Assembly: GCF_002113885.1 (NCBI RefSeq)
Contig: NW_018404030.1
Coordinates: 284,699 to 348,698, forward strand
DNA from: Mizuhopecten yessoensis
Lineage: Eukaryota
Direction of reading: 5' to 3'
Length of the DNA: 64,000 bases
Program-made: the position numbers and the translations under genes
The notes under the pieces: model-generated
Seen by the model: only the letters and a program-made list of their open reading frames with translations
The model's database searches: none
Told to the model about the DNA's origin: nothing
Part shown: positions 12,034 through 23,293 of the stretch, piece after piece
Layout of the letters: the number at the start of each line of letters is the position of its first letter
Numbering within the stretch: the stretch's first letter is position 1

Positions 12034-13464
12034 CTTGTCAAATAAAAAAAAAAACAAGAATACGCTATTATAACAAACTAGACATTGATGCTAACCGGTC
12101 AACATAGGAATTAAGAATTTCTCGTGAACACGACTTGAAGGATCATCGTGAAACTTTGAAAGCAAGTATTGGTATTGATTTTAGTTCTTAAATTCTAGAT
12201 ATGGGTGAACCTCTGATCAATTTTAAATTTGATGAATCTAACTTGACATATACATTTAGAAACATTTCAATTATATTTTGTAAACCTTTTCTGCCACTCG
12301 TCAGTTTAAATCGTTTTGCTTTTGGGCAAAAACCAATCACGTGTTGAACATGTGTGTTGATACATATGGTTGGAACAGTAATCAGTGGAAATCGAAAATC
12401 GAATATTTTTTTTCTGTGTTTGAAAACCATCTGTACAAAAGGATTTCACTTGAAAATACGAAAAAGCGTTTCAATGCACCCCCCCCCCCCCCCCCCCCCC
12501 CCCTAATTTTCATATATGAATGGTAGACAATAGACGCACTATTAATTATGCGATTATATAAGTTCATTATTTCCAAGCATTTTTTTTATTTACACATAAT
12601 TCATTTGCAAAAAACCTAAAGGAATTAGACACAAGTTATCAAACTTGAAATTCGTCTTCTCCCTTAAAACAATAATGAGGATACATTCTGTTGCCTCCTC
12701 CTCTTCGCATTTTTTAATTTGTCGTTGTACATCAAGTGTAACTCCACGAATCCGTCAGCTTGTTTCCTGTAATTCATTCAATCCGGAAGACACATTTAAA
12801 CTCGTCCAATTCAAAGGTTGGAATTTTAGGGTTGAATGAGTTAATAGCGGAATAATAGGAACGACCTCGTGGCAGGGGCGATCACTCTAACCTGGCTATG
12901 GTTTGTACAATCGATCACTACATACCCCTAAAATAGGAGATCATCTACCCAGTATAATGGAGTACATTTGTTACTTGCTGCATGGTGTGTGTTTGTCTTT
13001 TATTTAATACCTAAGTAAAACTTCGATATTACATATTACCAAACTGATGAATCTTATTGAAGATATCCTTTAAAATAGATGCAGCTACTGTTTATCTAGT
13101 GTTATCCTTTCGGTTCAGTATATTATGGTCTCGAAGTGTTGTTGATAAATCAAAATATGTCTGACGAGCTTGTTTCGAGAGTTCTATTTCCTTTCGAGAC
13201 AACATGCATGATTTGCATAAGATCATGACATACTCAAAAGAAGGCAATACGGTTTTAGTATATTACATGACTAATTTAACCGAAGAGAATATTACTGGAT
13301 AATAAACTTGTTAACTTTCGCATGAAAAGGTAAACCAGCCAACCAATACCCCTCTCGACCCCGACCCATTCACCATTAGTGTCGATGTCAGGGAAGTAAA
13401 TACAGTGATCCAACCACCATCCGAGATAAGATCACGTGATGTTTGACCTCTAAAGCATACACAC

Positions 13465-13761
13465 CTAATGGAAAGACGGTGATGTTATGTTGAGCCGTGC
13501 CGTGAGCATTGGTAGATTCGCACGTGTAAACCCTGTAATCGATGCGGTCAATATTGCGGATAAGGAGAGCGGAAGTGACCACTCCGTCCAGTGGCTCCAC
13601 GTAGTTGGTGGTCTTAAACTTCCAGCTGTCTGTTAGACGCTGACCGTTAATATACCACTTCATTTCAGGAATGGGACTGCCCTCTGCCGTACACTCTAGG
13701 GTGGAGTCCCGACCCAGGTACTGACCCATATTCCTCATCATAGTTTGAATTTCCGGGGCAT
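13465..13761 (-). CDS. Ig-superfamily gene exon: Ig domain 3 (I-set)
   Basis: 297 bp, phase 1-1, cag/GTGTGT. YAPEI...LECTAEGSPIPEMKW...DYRVYTCESTNAHG. Confidence 0.95.
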
Positions 13762-14517
13762 CTGGGAAAAAACACAATAGTCATTTAATAATCATAGTTA
13801 TCTCCCCTTCTACCAACAAGACAGCAGACTTTTAAGTGAGTTGGGATGACGTTGTGGAATTGTAATCTGTACTACTATATCAGTCGAATTTAACAAGTCT
13901 CCGTTACAATAGATGCACTGGATATCCTGTCGGGGCTCGAACATCTGCTTGCTGGTGTTACGAGACAGAAGGTCAGAAATTCTACCGTTTTATGTTTAAA
14001 TCCCTCTACCGATTTTTCTACTCTGATGACATATTATGAATGATCTCGTTTGCTTATTTCAAAGAATACCAATGCATTAAGTTGATGAAAAGGCATTGAA
14101 CCATACAGACTGTTTTACTGTACTTATACATTGGAACAAACCCACATGTCCGGGTAACTAGACCATAATCTGGACAGGATCCCAGTTCTAGCGATCAACG
14201 TAGAATATCTACGGAGAATTACAGAAATAGAACATCTGAACTTAAAGGACGTTCTCAACTCCCAAAATCAGGTATATTTTCATGTCTTTCATCCAATTGA
14301 AATATCACAATATTTTTTTTTTTATTTCTGATAAGAAATTGCTTCTTTGCTTGAAGCAGTAAGAAACTGTGAAAAGTCCAACCCTCTGATCTTTGAGTGG
14401 AGGTGTGAAATTGCTATGCGTTTTTACCTTAAAGGAATATAATCTCATTTTTCTCCTAGATATTTCTGTATATTTTCAAGAATCAGTAATCTTACGAATT
14501 GTACTTGTGTTACTCAC

Positions 14518-14646
14518 ATAGCACATCCACCGATATGTTTTTTGAGGCACTGGGTTCGATACCGTTCGAGGCATAGCAGATGTATTCCCCCGCGGAATGA
14601 CGAGTTATGTTAGGAATGTTGAGAATATTTCCGGTTTGCGATAGAC
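14518..14646 (-). CDS. Ig-superfamily gene exon: Ig domain 2, C-terminal half (absent from the ORF track)
   Basis: 129 bp, phase 1-1, cag/GTGAGT. RLSQTGNILNIPNITRHSAGEYICYASNGIEPSASKNISVDVL, a lachesin/IgLON-type Y.C.ASNG..P motif. Confidence 0.95.
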
Positions 14647-14954
14647 CTGTAGAATGTAATGAAAAGCAGTATAGAGATGTCATTGACGTATATTTCTTCC
14701 TGATTGACAGAAATCACGTTATTAAATGTTTCATTTTCATATTGATTAAGAAATCAAATAATATCAATATTTAAATATCACTTTAAATAATTAACTTTAC
14801 CTGTAGTTTAGCAGTTTGACTACGAAGACACTTTGGAAACATAAATTGTATGTATATATTATTTTGTATATATATATATATATATTTCTTTAATGTATTT
14901 TTGCTTCGTTAGTCTTCACCAAAATCAACTGTATATAATTCTCCGTTAACTTAC

Positions 14955-15113
14955 GCTCCCGGGCTAGAGCTTGGTGGTCAGAACCGGAAACTCTCCGGTA
15001 CCACGTGATATCCGGTTTTGGATTACCTCTCACGTGACATCTGAGCGTGACATCGTCAAATTCAGAAACTGCCATGTTGTTACTTGTCATTTGGTTATCT
15101 ATTGTAGGTGAAA
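14955..15113 (-). CDS. Ig-superfamily gene exon: Ig domain 2, N-terminal half
   Basis: 159 bp, phase 1-1, tag/GTAAG. VSPTIDNQMTSNNMAVSEFDDVTLRCHVRGNPKPDITWYR. Confidence 0.95.
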
Positions 15114-15165
15114 CTAAACAAAAGAGAAAACATACTGTATTTATTTATTTTTACCTATATGTATA

Positions 15166-15337
15166 CAGTGAAACCTCGATAAAATGCCCCTCATTTTATT
15201 TGCAGTCACGCTTACTGCAAACGTATTTAAAAGTCCTTTTTTTAAAGAATTACTTCACGTATTTCACTCAAAGTATGGCCAAACCTCTTTATAACGCCAT
15301 TGGCCCAAAATGGTGGCAGTATAACGAGGTTTTACTG
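15166..15337. mobile_element. Tc1/mariner-pogo-type MITE, 172 bp
   Basis: TIRs CAGTGAAACCTCG ... CGAGGTTTTACTG; TA on the left flank, AA on the right. Confidence 0.75.
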
Positions 15338-16640
15338 AATGAATATCGTTTGCTGTCGACCACAGCCATACATAGTTTTGGGAAATGATAACTCGTTAAG
15401 TACGCTGCTTTACAGTCATTTAAATATCTGTATTTATAATTATATTAACATCTCCGCTGTACAGCCAATATGTATACCAACCAACAGCTACATTTACTAT
15501 ACATTAATATTTTTCCAATCAGAAACTGTTTGGGTCTGTCTGTAATACTGTTACTTGTGTGACAGGATGATTCAGAGTTACTTCCCTTGTTCCTTGAAAA
15601 TTATGTGTTTAATGATTATATTGTAATTAATTTGATGAAACATGATTAAATCTACATTAGGTGTTTTGTAGAATATCATTCATGCAAGTAAATTTATGTA
15701 TAGAATACTTTAAAGTTATAAAGAATAAAGAATAAGATAAATTTGATCATTTCTTATGTATATTATGCAAATAGCCAATACATCATTTATTGAATATGCA
15801 TTTTAGAGTATATTGAGTACGTTTGTAAATCATAGCTGGGCAACATTTTAGCTTTGACCCTGAGTAACGAAAGCATTGAGCTGTTTATTAATCGTTCCCG
15901 TTAGGTTCTGTAGTTAACTGTAACGTAACAGGGAATCTTTAAAGGGGAATTTTTCTAATAAAGGAGGAGTTGACATTTTTATATTGAGTGTTTTGGTGGT
16001 ATTTTGGCAACTGTGATAAGAGAGGAATCCGAACCCAACCAAATTGAACCTGGGTTGACGACACTGGGACTTTGAAAGTCCAGTCCTGTTACAAATGTAC
16101 GGTAATTGGGGACTACGTAATAATGACGTGACGCCAAATCAAAATTAGGATGATTACGATTTCCCGATCAAAAAATAACTATTTCACCATCTGATAGACC
16201 AGGACAAAACCTTCCAAGAGAGATAAAACATATTTTTTTATTTTTTATTTTGTTTTGAACGTAAACGTTAGAATTGAAATACCGCGCATCGTGGAATATA
16301 TTTGAATGGAACTGTATTGAATACCATCATAATGTTAAAAGATTTTTTCCACTTATTTGTCTTAGTTGGCAGTGATGTTACCATGAGTTGAGATAATTTG
16401 TTGGCGAGAAAAGATAGAGAAAGGTCAAATGAGTGTAAGGAACGTTAACTCTTGCTAGAAATAGACGTGCTACATGTACTGTACATTTGTAGAAGACTGC
16501 TGGCTACCAGCCCAAAAGATTTTATGAAGAATTTCTCAATTGCATTTTACCACTAGCTTATCACTAGCTACACCAGCTTCTAAATAATTCAACATTTGTA
16601 GCTTTATGTCGATATATTCAAGCGAGTGGCCTCCCCTTAC

Positions 16641-16845
16641 CCAGAACGATAAGACTGATCTGTTTCTCCAGTATTGGGTAGGAGTGTACGACACATTTAT
16701 AGACCCCTTCGTCTGTCGGCTTGACGTTGTTGATGACAAGACCCCAGTCTTTATCATAGGTTCGAGCCAGACTGTACCGAGAGTCCGGCAGAATGATCCG
16801 GTCATCTAATGTGATAGCTACGTTATACTGGGACATCCACATCAC
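16641..16845 (-). CDS. Ig-superfamily gene exon: Ig domain 1 (V-type), C-terminal part
   Basis: 205 bp, phase 0-1, cag/GTAAG. VMW...DSRY...WGLVINNVKPTDEGVYKCVV, typical of DIP/Dpr/IgLON D1. Confidence 0.95.
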
Positions 16846-16849
16846 CTGT

Positions 16850-17642
16850 AATAGAACAGGTAAATAATAGATGTAAAATTTACTGGTAAAATGTAAAGGT
16901 ATAATATTAGAGGAAAAGAATATCACAGATAAAACGATACAGATGAAGATTACAGATAAATTTTAAATGTAAAACATTGCAGTGAAAATATCACAGATTA
17001 AATGATACAGGTAGATAATACAGGTATACATTTTGAAGGTAAAACATTGAAAGAAAAATATCACAGGTAAATGTTACAGGTAGAGAATACAGGTAAAAGT
17101 TTGAAGGTAAAGCATTGCAGGAAAAATACATTAGATTAAATGATACAGATGAAGAATACAGGTTTGCAAGTAAAACATAAGAGACAAGAGTTAAATGTCA
17201 CAGATAAAGATGTAAAGATAACAGGTAAATATACAGGTAAAAAATACATTGAAACAATACAGATAAAATACATCAAACACCTGTAAAATGATACATCAGC
17301 GATATATATGTATCCTTGGATACTGGTAAATATTATATACTGGTAAATAGTATATACTGGTAAACATTACATACTGGTAAATATTATATACTGGTAAATA
17401 TTACATACTGGTAAATATTATATACTGGTAAATATTACATACTGGTAACAATTATATACTGGTAAACATTACATATATTATATACTGGTAAATATTACAT
17501 ACTGGTAAATATTATATACTGGTAAATATTGTTTACTGATAAATATTATATACTGGTAAATATTATAGGTTAATATTATATACTGGTAAATATTACATAC
17601 TGGTAAATATTATATACTAGTAAATATTACATACTGGTAAAT
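16850..17642. repeat. Intronic repeat tract: degenerate acaggtaaa-based units grading into a 17-bp minisatellite (tactggtaaatattata, about 19 copies at 17321-17642)
   Basis: Visible directly. Confidence 0.85.
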
Positions 17643-18226
17643 GATCCAGGCAATCATTACATTTAAAATATTACAGGTAAAAGAACATAAGTAACAAATA
17701 TACAAGATAAAAACAAATACATCTACTTGTAAATTAGTACAAGTTAAAAATAGAAGGTTAATTTTATAACCTAGTGATATTACAACATTAAAGGGAAATT
17801 ATCGCTAAAATTTGTCAAAAGAATTTATTTCTGAAAAAATTAGATAGGGACCTTAACTTATTGCCAATCAAATTGACGCTATATCACCTTTGTAAATATA
17901 ATGTAATTTAAACATGACAAGACATTGAGGTGAAACATACGTATATTCAAGGAATATCAAATCTCCATTATAAAATCATTTAACTGAAACGTCCGTTTCT
18001 TCTGCAAGGGGAGCTTACTGTATAAAATTGATCATAGTAGCTGGATATGGCTAACAGTAATCAGTGATTTTACAATAATATGTACTATTGATGATAACGT
18101 ACGTGAGTACATGTATGTGTTCTAAATTTACGATGTATCATATGTTTCATAAATCAGTTATGATGTAGTGTCAATTTTGAGGCAGATATAGTAATTTGGT
18201 TAAGTATCCATTTTAGCTGTACGTAC

Positions 18227-18324
18227 CCTGTGTGTGCCGAGATTCTGGATGCTACACGGAAGTGTAACAGAGAAGCCTCGTTTGGCTGTGATGTTGAGGG
18301 GCGTGGTTTCCAGGAGGGGTCGAG
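18227..18324 (-). CDS. Ig-superfamily gene exon: Ig domain 1, N-terminal part
   Basis: 98 bp, phase 1-0, ttttccag/GTACGT. ARPLLETTPLNITAKRGFSVTLPCSIQNLGTHR joins in frame to VMW of the next exon. Confidence 0.93.
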
Positions 18325-18910
18325 CTGGAAAATAAGAGAGAACACGTAAATTACTGGGTAATAAATTCATTATCTATGACGTAATGAAAGTTAAAATAAG
18401 GATATATACATATGTGTAGTCAGACCGAGTTCGATGAATATCTTATTTAACTATTTTTCCCATGTAAACTTTCGTTTTTATTTGTGCTAATAATTGTAAT
18501 CACAGGAATCCAACAGAAAACGCGACATGTTTGTTACAATTTGTACATATGTATGCAGATCTAGAGGTGTCGGCACTTTCCACGGAAAGTGCCGACGGTT
18601 CCCGATTGAAGCTTATATAGATCATATTAAGAGAAATCGGATACTGATATGCAAATTCAATAAGCCGGACTACGATAATCGGGAAATCGTGCTTTCCAAA
18701 TCCCGTTATTCCGGCACTTAGTTTCATTTTAGTGACGAAAGTTGTTCCAGTCATTAAGAATTCTGGACTGACACGTTTCCGCTGTATGAATAAATTTCGA
18801 TCGAAGCTACATGTAGATATCATTAAAAACAAATTAAAAACCGAATAATCAAGACCAAATCTAGAACCTTTGAATTTCAATTTGTTTTACAGCTTTCTAC
18901 ATGAACGTTA

Positions 18911-19158
18911 TCCCCAGGCCGGGTCATACCAAAATGTTAAAAATGGTAGGTTTTTTTTTCTTGCAAAACTTTCAGCATTTAGAGAAATCGTAACTGGTGA
19001 ATCAAATGTCGGTGCTGAATCCTTCACTGTGTACTATCGGCATGCTGTATCAGGGAAGTAGCACTCTAAAGTTAGCATCAGATCCGCGCTATCACAAGGA
19101 GGCAAATACACCAATATACCGCCTCAAGCACGCGTCACACATACATTAATACACACAT
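18911..19158 (+). mobile_element. V-domain SINE, 5'-truncated and internally deleted
   Basis: ggccgggtcataccaaaatgttaaaaatggtagg...gcatcagatccgcgctatcacaag matches the reverse complement of 27503-27848. Confidence 0.75.
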
Positions 19159-20974
19159 GAAGCCACGTTATTAAGAAACCTTTGCTGTTGATAGGATGTT
19201 CACACGGTAAGCAAAATTAAATTCATACTTTCCCTGTATCAGAAAATTACATTTTGAACGATCACTGATGCATAGAAAAGAAAACACGCGTTTGTTATGT
19301 GATCAGGCTAGATACGTAAAGAGAAAAACAAACATTTCAACCTCGACATGTTGGTGAAAGCCTTCAATGTCAATATTTATCTGGCAACACGTCTCACGGT
19401 GATAAAATTCAGACAGATTTGTTACAAATTTAAAAAAAAATATAAATTAGAAAATATCGAAAAACAACCACGTAATTTCATTTTTTTTTTTAAATACGCC
19501 AAAACCATAGTGACCATGTTGATAAATTACTTGTAATCATTTATCGCGGATCTGGTTACATACATTTTAAGTACGTTCCGAGTGCAAATAAATAAAATAA
19601 GTTATCTTTATTTCAATTTGGCGTTTAAATGATAGTTAAAAAAACGATTGACCTTTACAGTGACACATGTAATTTGCACCAAGGGAGACTACTCTAGTGA
19701 TCGTGACTAGGTGTTTTGACTCCAGCCCGGCCGCACCAAACAGAATCTAAACAACCCCTACCAAGCGGTTACATGCTCAAACGTTGCTCGACAACAAGAC
19801 ATTTGCTGGTACGGAGATAGATATAACTAAGACACACAGTAAACAGGCTACAGAAAACCACAGAATTCGGGGTTTTTTGTTGCCGTTTGAGAGCAATATA
19901 ATTCAACCAGTTTTCACAATCCTTGCATGAACTTGTCGCACGTCCCGCAAATGTCATAAATTAAGATATTCTCAAATTAATTGAATACGGAAAATACCCG
20001 ACTTTTAACAAAACTTTGTCAAAAGTCGTTTTTCTCTCCCCTATCAGAGGTTACGTCGCACGCTAATCTCAGCAATTGTTAAAAATGAGGGTTTTTTTAA
20101 ATTTCAAATGCGCTTACAGTGTTAGAGTCCAATAGAAACATACTTGGCATGTGCACGTACCGTCTGCTTTCTCAGAACGATATAGCACACTCTAGCTCGA
20201 TAACAGCTCTATACTCTAGGTACTCTATTGCACATATTTCACAGAGATTCATAAATGAAGAAATTTCGGTAAGAGACGCAAACATCAACTCTAACAAACC
20301 TAATTCATGTTCCATGTCATGTCTTTAATGCTTATCGAAACCTTTCACAAAAGTTATGGTCTGATTACTTTTTTCCTTTCCCCAAATAGATTGTCAAACC
20401 TCATTTTAATGGTATTTTTAGGAGAAAAATATCGTAACTAAGGGAGGTAATTTCATAAGAAAAATATTCCAAAATATTAAATTATCTATCAAGAATTTAA
20501 ATTAGAAGAAAACTAACTTTAATTAATTATAAGGGAGATAGTTCTAAGACAGACGCTTCTTATATATAATTAGTGAGTTACCTTATATAAAATCAGAGAC
20601 ATGTACATGACATTGTATACGGGATATAGATCTCTGATAAAGTATATGTATCTATATATCATGATCTGAGCAGCTGCAAATAATATCATAAATATCTGAG
20701 AAGATTATTTGCACCGTTAAAAAATCCGAACCGTACAAAAAGTATAGAACTGTTATCTAGCTAGTGTGTGTTTTTTGTTCTGAGTAAGCAGACGGTACGT
20801 GCCTCGCATAGTTTCTATTGAACTCTAACACTGTAGCGTACGTGTACTGAGAATGGAAGAGGCAGGACACACATACCTGACATGCATATATAAATACACA
20901 ACTGGTAATAACCGACACTGAACATCTGTCTAAGTGCAGCACCAGATTACAGCAAATATAGGTAAAGGTATGGC

Positions 20975-22030
20975 TACCAACTCGGTCACCAACCACCTAA
21001 GTTATTAACAATGACGAAGGTGGTTGGTGACCAAGTTGGTACCGACCACCTTCGTTAATGTTGATAACTTGTCCAACAACTCGGGCACCAACCACCTTCG
21101 TTAATGTTAATAACTTGTCCAACAACTCGGTCACCAACCACCTTCGTTAATGTTAATAACTTGTCCAACAACTCGGGCACCAACCAGTTTCGTTAATGTT
21201 AAAAACTTGCCCAACAACTCGGGCACCAACCACCTTCGTTAATGTTAATAACTTGCCCAACAAATCGGTCACGAACCACCTTCGTTAATGTTAATAACAT
21301 GCCAAACAATTCGGTCACCATCCATCGTCGTTAATGTTAATATCTTGCCCAACAACTCGGTCACCAACCACCTTCGTCATTGTTGATAACTTACCCAACA
21401 ACTCGGGCACAAACCACCTTCGTTAATGTTAATAACTTTCCCAACAACTCGGTCACAAACCACCTTCGTAATTGTTGTAAACTTACCCAACAACTCGGTC
21501 ACAAACCACCTTCGTCATTGTTAATAACTTGCCCAACAACTCGGTCACAAACTACTTTCTTTTTGCGACAACTTTTCCAACAATTCGGTTACAAACCACC
21601 TCCATTGTGCTTAATGACTTGTCTATAAACTCGGTCACCAACAACCTTCGTCATTGTTGATAACTTGCCCAACAACTCGGTCACCAACAACCTTCGTCAT
21701 TGTTGATATCTTGCCCAACACCTCGGTCACCAACCACCTTCGTCATTGTTGATAACTTGCCCAACAACTCGGTCACGAACCACCTTCGTAATTGTTGATA
21801 ACTTACTCAACAACTCGGTCACAAACCACCTTCGTCATTGTTAATAACTTGCCCAACAACTCGGTCACGAACCACCTTCGTCATTGTTAATAACTTGCCC
21901 AACAACTCGGTCACAAACCACACTCTTTTTGCGACAATTTTTCCAACAATTTGGTTAGAAGCCACCTCCATTGTGCTTAATGACTTGTCTATTAACTCCG
22001 TCACGAACCATCTTCGTTAATGACTTGTCT
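20975..22030. repeat. 46-bp minisatellite (caacaactcggtcaccaaccaccttcgttaatgttaataacttgcc), about 22 copies, with one inverted unit at the left edge
   Basis: Period of 46 read between 21074 and 21120; inverted unit at 20999-21041. Confidence 0.95.
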
Positions 22031-23000
22031 ATCTACTCTGTCTTTAGCAATATGGGCGTGTATATGGTTGTATATGTGATCTGATCATTAAGTGACCATA
22101 TTTCGAATGGTTCATTAATCTTAACAATTCTCAAATTTAAAATCTTTTTTGATTTCTTTTTTGACAAAATTCGCAAAAATCCTAAAAATTAAAAAGCCTA
22201 AAAACAAGTTTACATTTTTAGTTTGATACTTTGACAGAAGTCTACTGCACAAATAAACGTGGCGGTATAACAGGTATTGATATACGCCATGTAATTGGTT
22301 ATAATTTCCATATGAGCTCACCTAATTATAAGTAGGTATACTGTTGTTGTAATACCAAACATATATTTCGAGGATGTTGGGATAACTCGATGACATTCTT
22401 AGAATGATGGGTTTTAGATGAAACTTGTGAGGAACATCCCCGAATCTAGTACACACTCTTAATAAGCATCAGTACTGTACAAGTGTCGTCCTCTCGTGCA
22501 GTACACGTGGGGCCATGTGTTAAACGTCAGAGCGCGTGTCTGGCCTTCAAGGGAGGTAATCGATATTTAATTGATGTCGTCTCAAGAGGATTAATACACC
22601 GATACACGGGATATCTTTTTCAGTACAACAAGTATCGAATGACCAAATATAAACATTAATTATTAGTGTCACATTGTGTGGGTGTTAGCTATAATATTTG
22701 CTGTGACATTGATATTTAAGGCATATTACATCACAATACTTGCTATAGACACATAGATAACTTAAAACAACAATAATATTTACATTCAGGGCGTCGTTCG
22801 ATTCTCATGTCACATTAGATACGGTGTCAATAAGACGCTTGGCAGTGCGCTAAACACATAACACGGTGGATAGTTTGAATCAATCGTTCAAGTGACTAAG
22901 ATAGTCGGAGTGCTGATTCCTCACAAAACCGTATTTTAATCAGGGAACAATTTCAAGTTACTGATTGCTGAGTTTTTAAAATGAAAAATATATCGAGATT

Positions 23001-23293
23001 GAATGGCTGCTTTACGGCTGTCATACCAGTATGAATGGCTGCTTTACGGCTGTCATACCAGTATGAATGGCTGCTTTACGGCTGTCATACCAGTATGAAT
23101 GGCTGCTTTACGGCTGTCATACCAGTATGAATGGCTGCTTTACGGCTGTCATACCAGTATGAATGGCTGCTTTACGGCTGTCATACCAGTATGAATGGCT
23201 GCTTTACGGCTGTCATACCAGTATGAATGGCTGCTTTACGGCTGTCATACCAGTATGAATGGCTGCTTTACGGCTGTCATACCAGTATGAATG
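23001..23293. repeat. Perfect 32-bp tandem repeat x9 (gaatggctgctttacggctgtcataccagtat)
   Basis: Nine identical units. Confidence 0.98.

Noticed and set aside
12284-12310. Hammerhead-like core on the minus strand (CTGACGA...GAAA)
   Set aside because: Lacks the stem II closing pair and a convincing stem III or cleavage triplet.
12479-12503. Poly-C tract giving poly-Pro/poly-Gly ORFs
   Set aside because: Simple intronic homopolymer.
23001-23293. CRISPR-like appearance of the 27-37-bp repeats (also 2408-4000 and 55681-57650)
   Set aside because: Head-to-tail units with no unique spacers, no cas genes, and a eukaryotic context.
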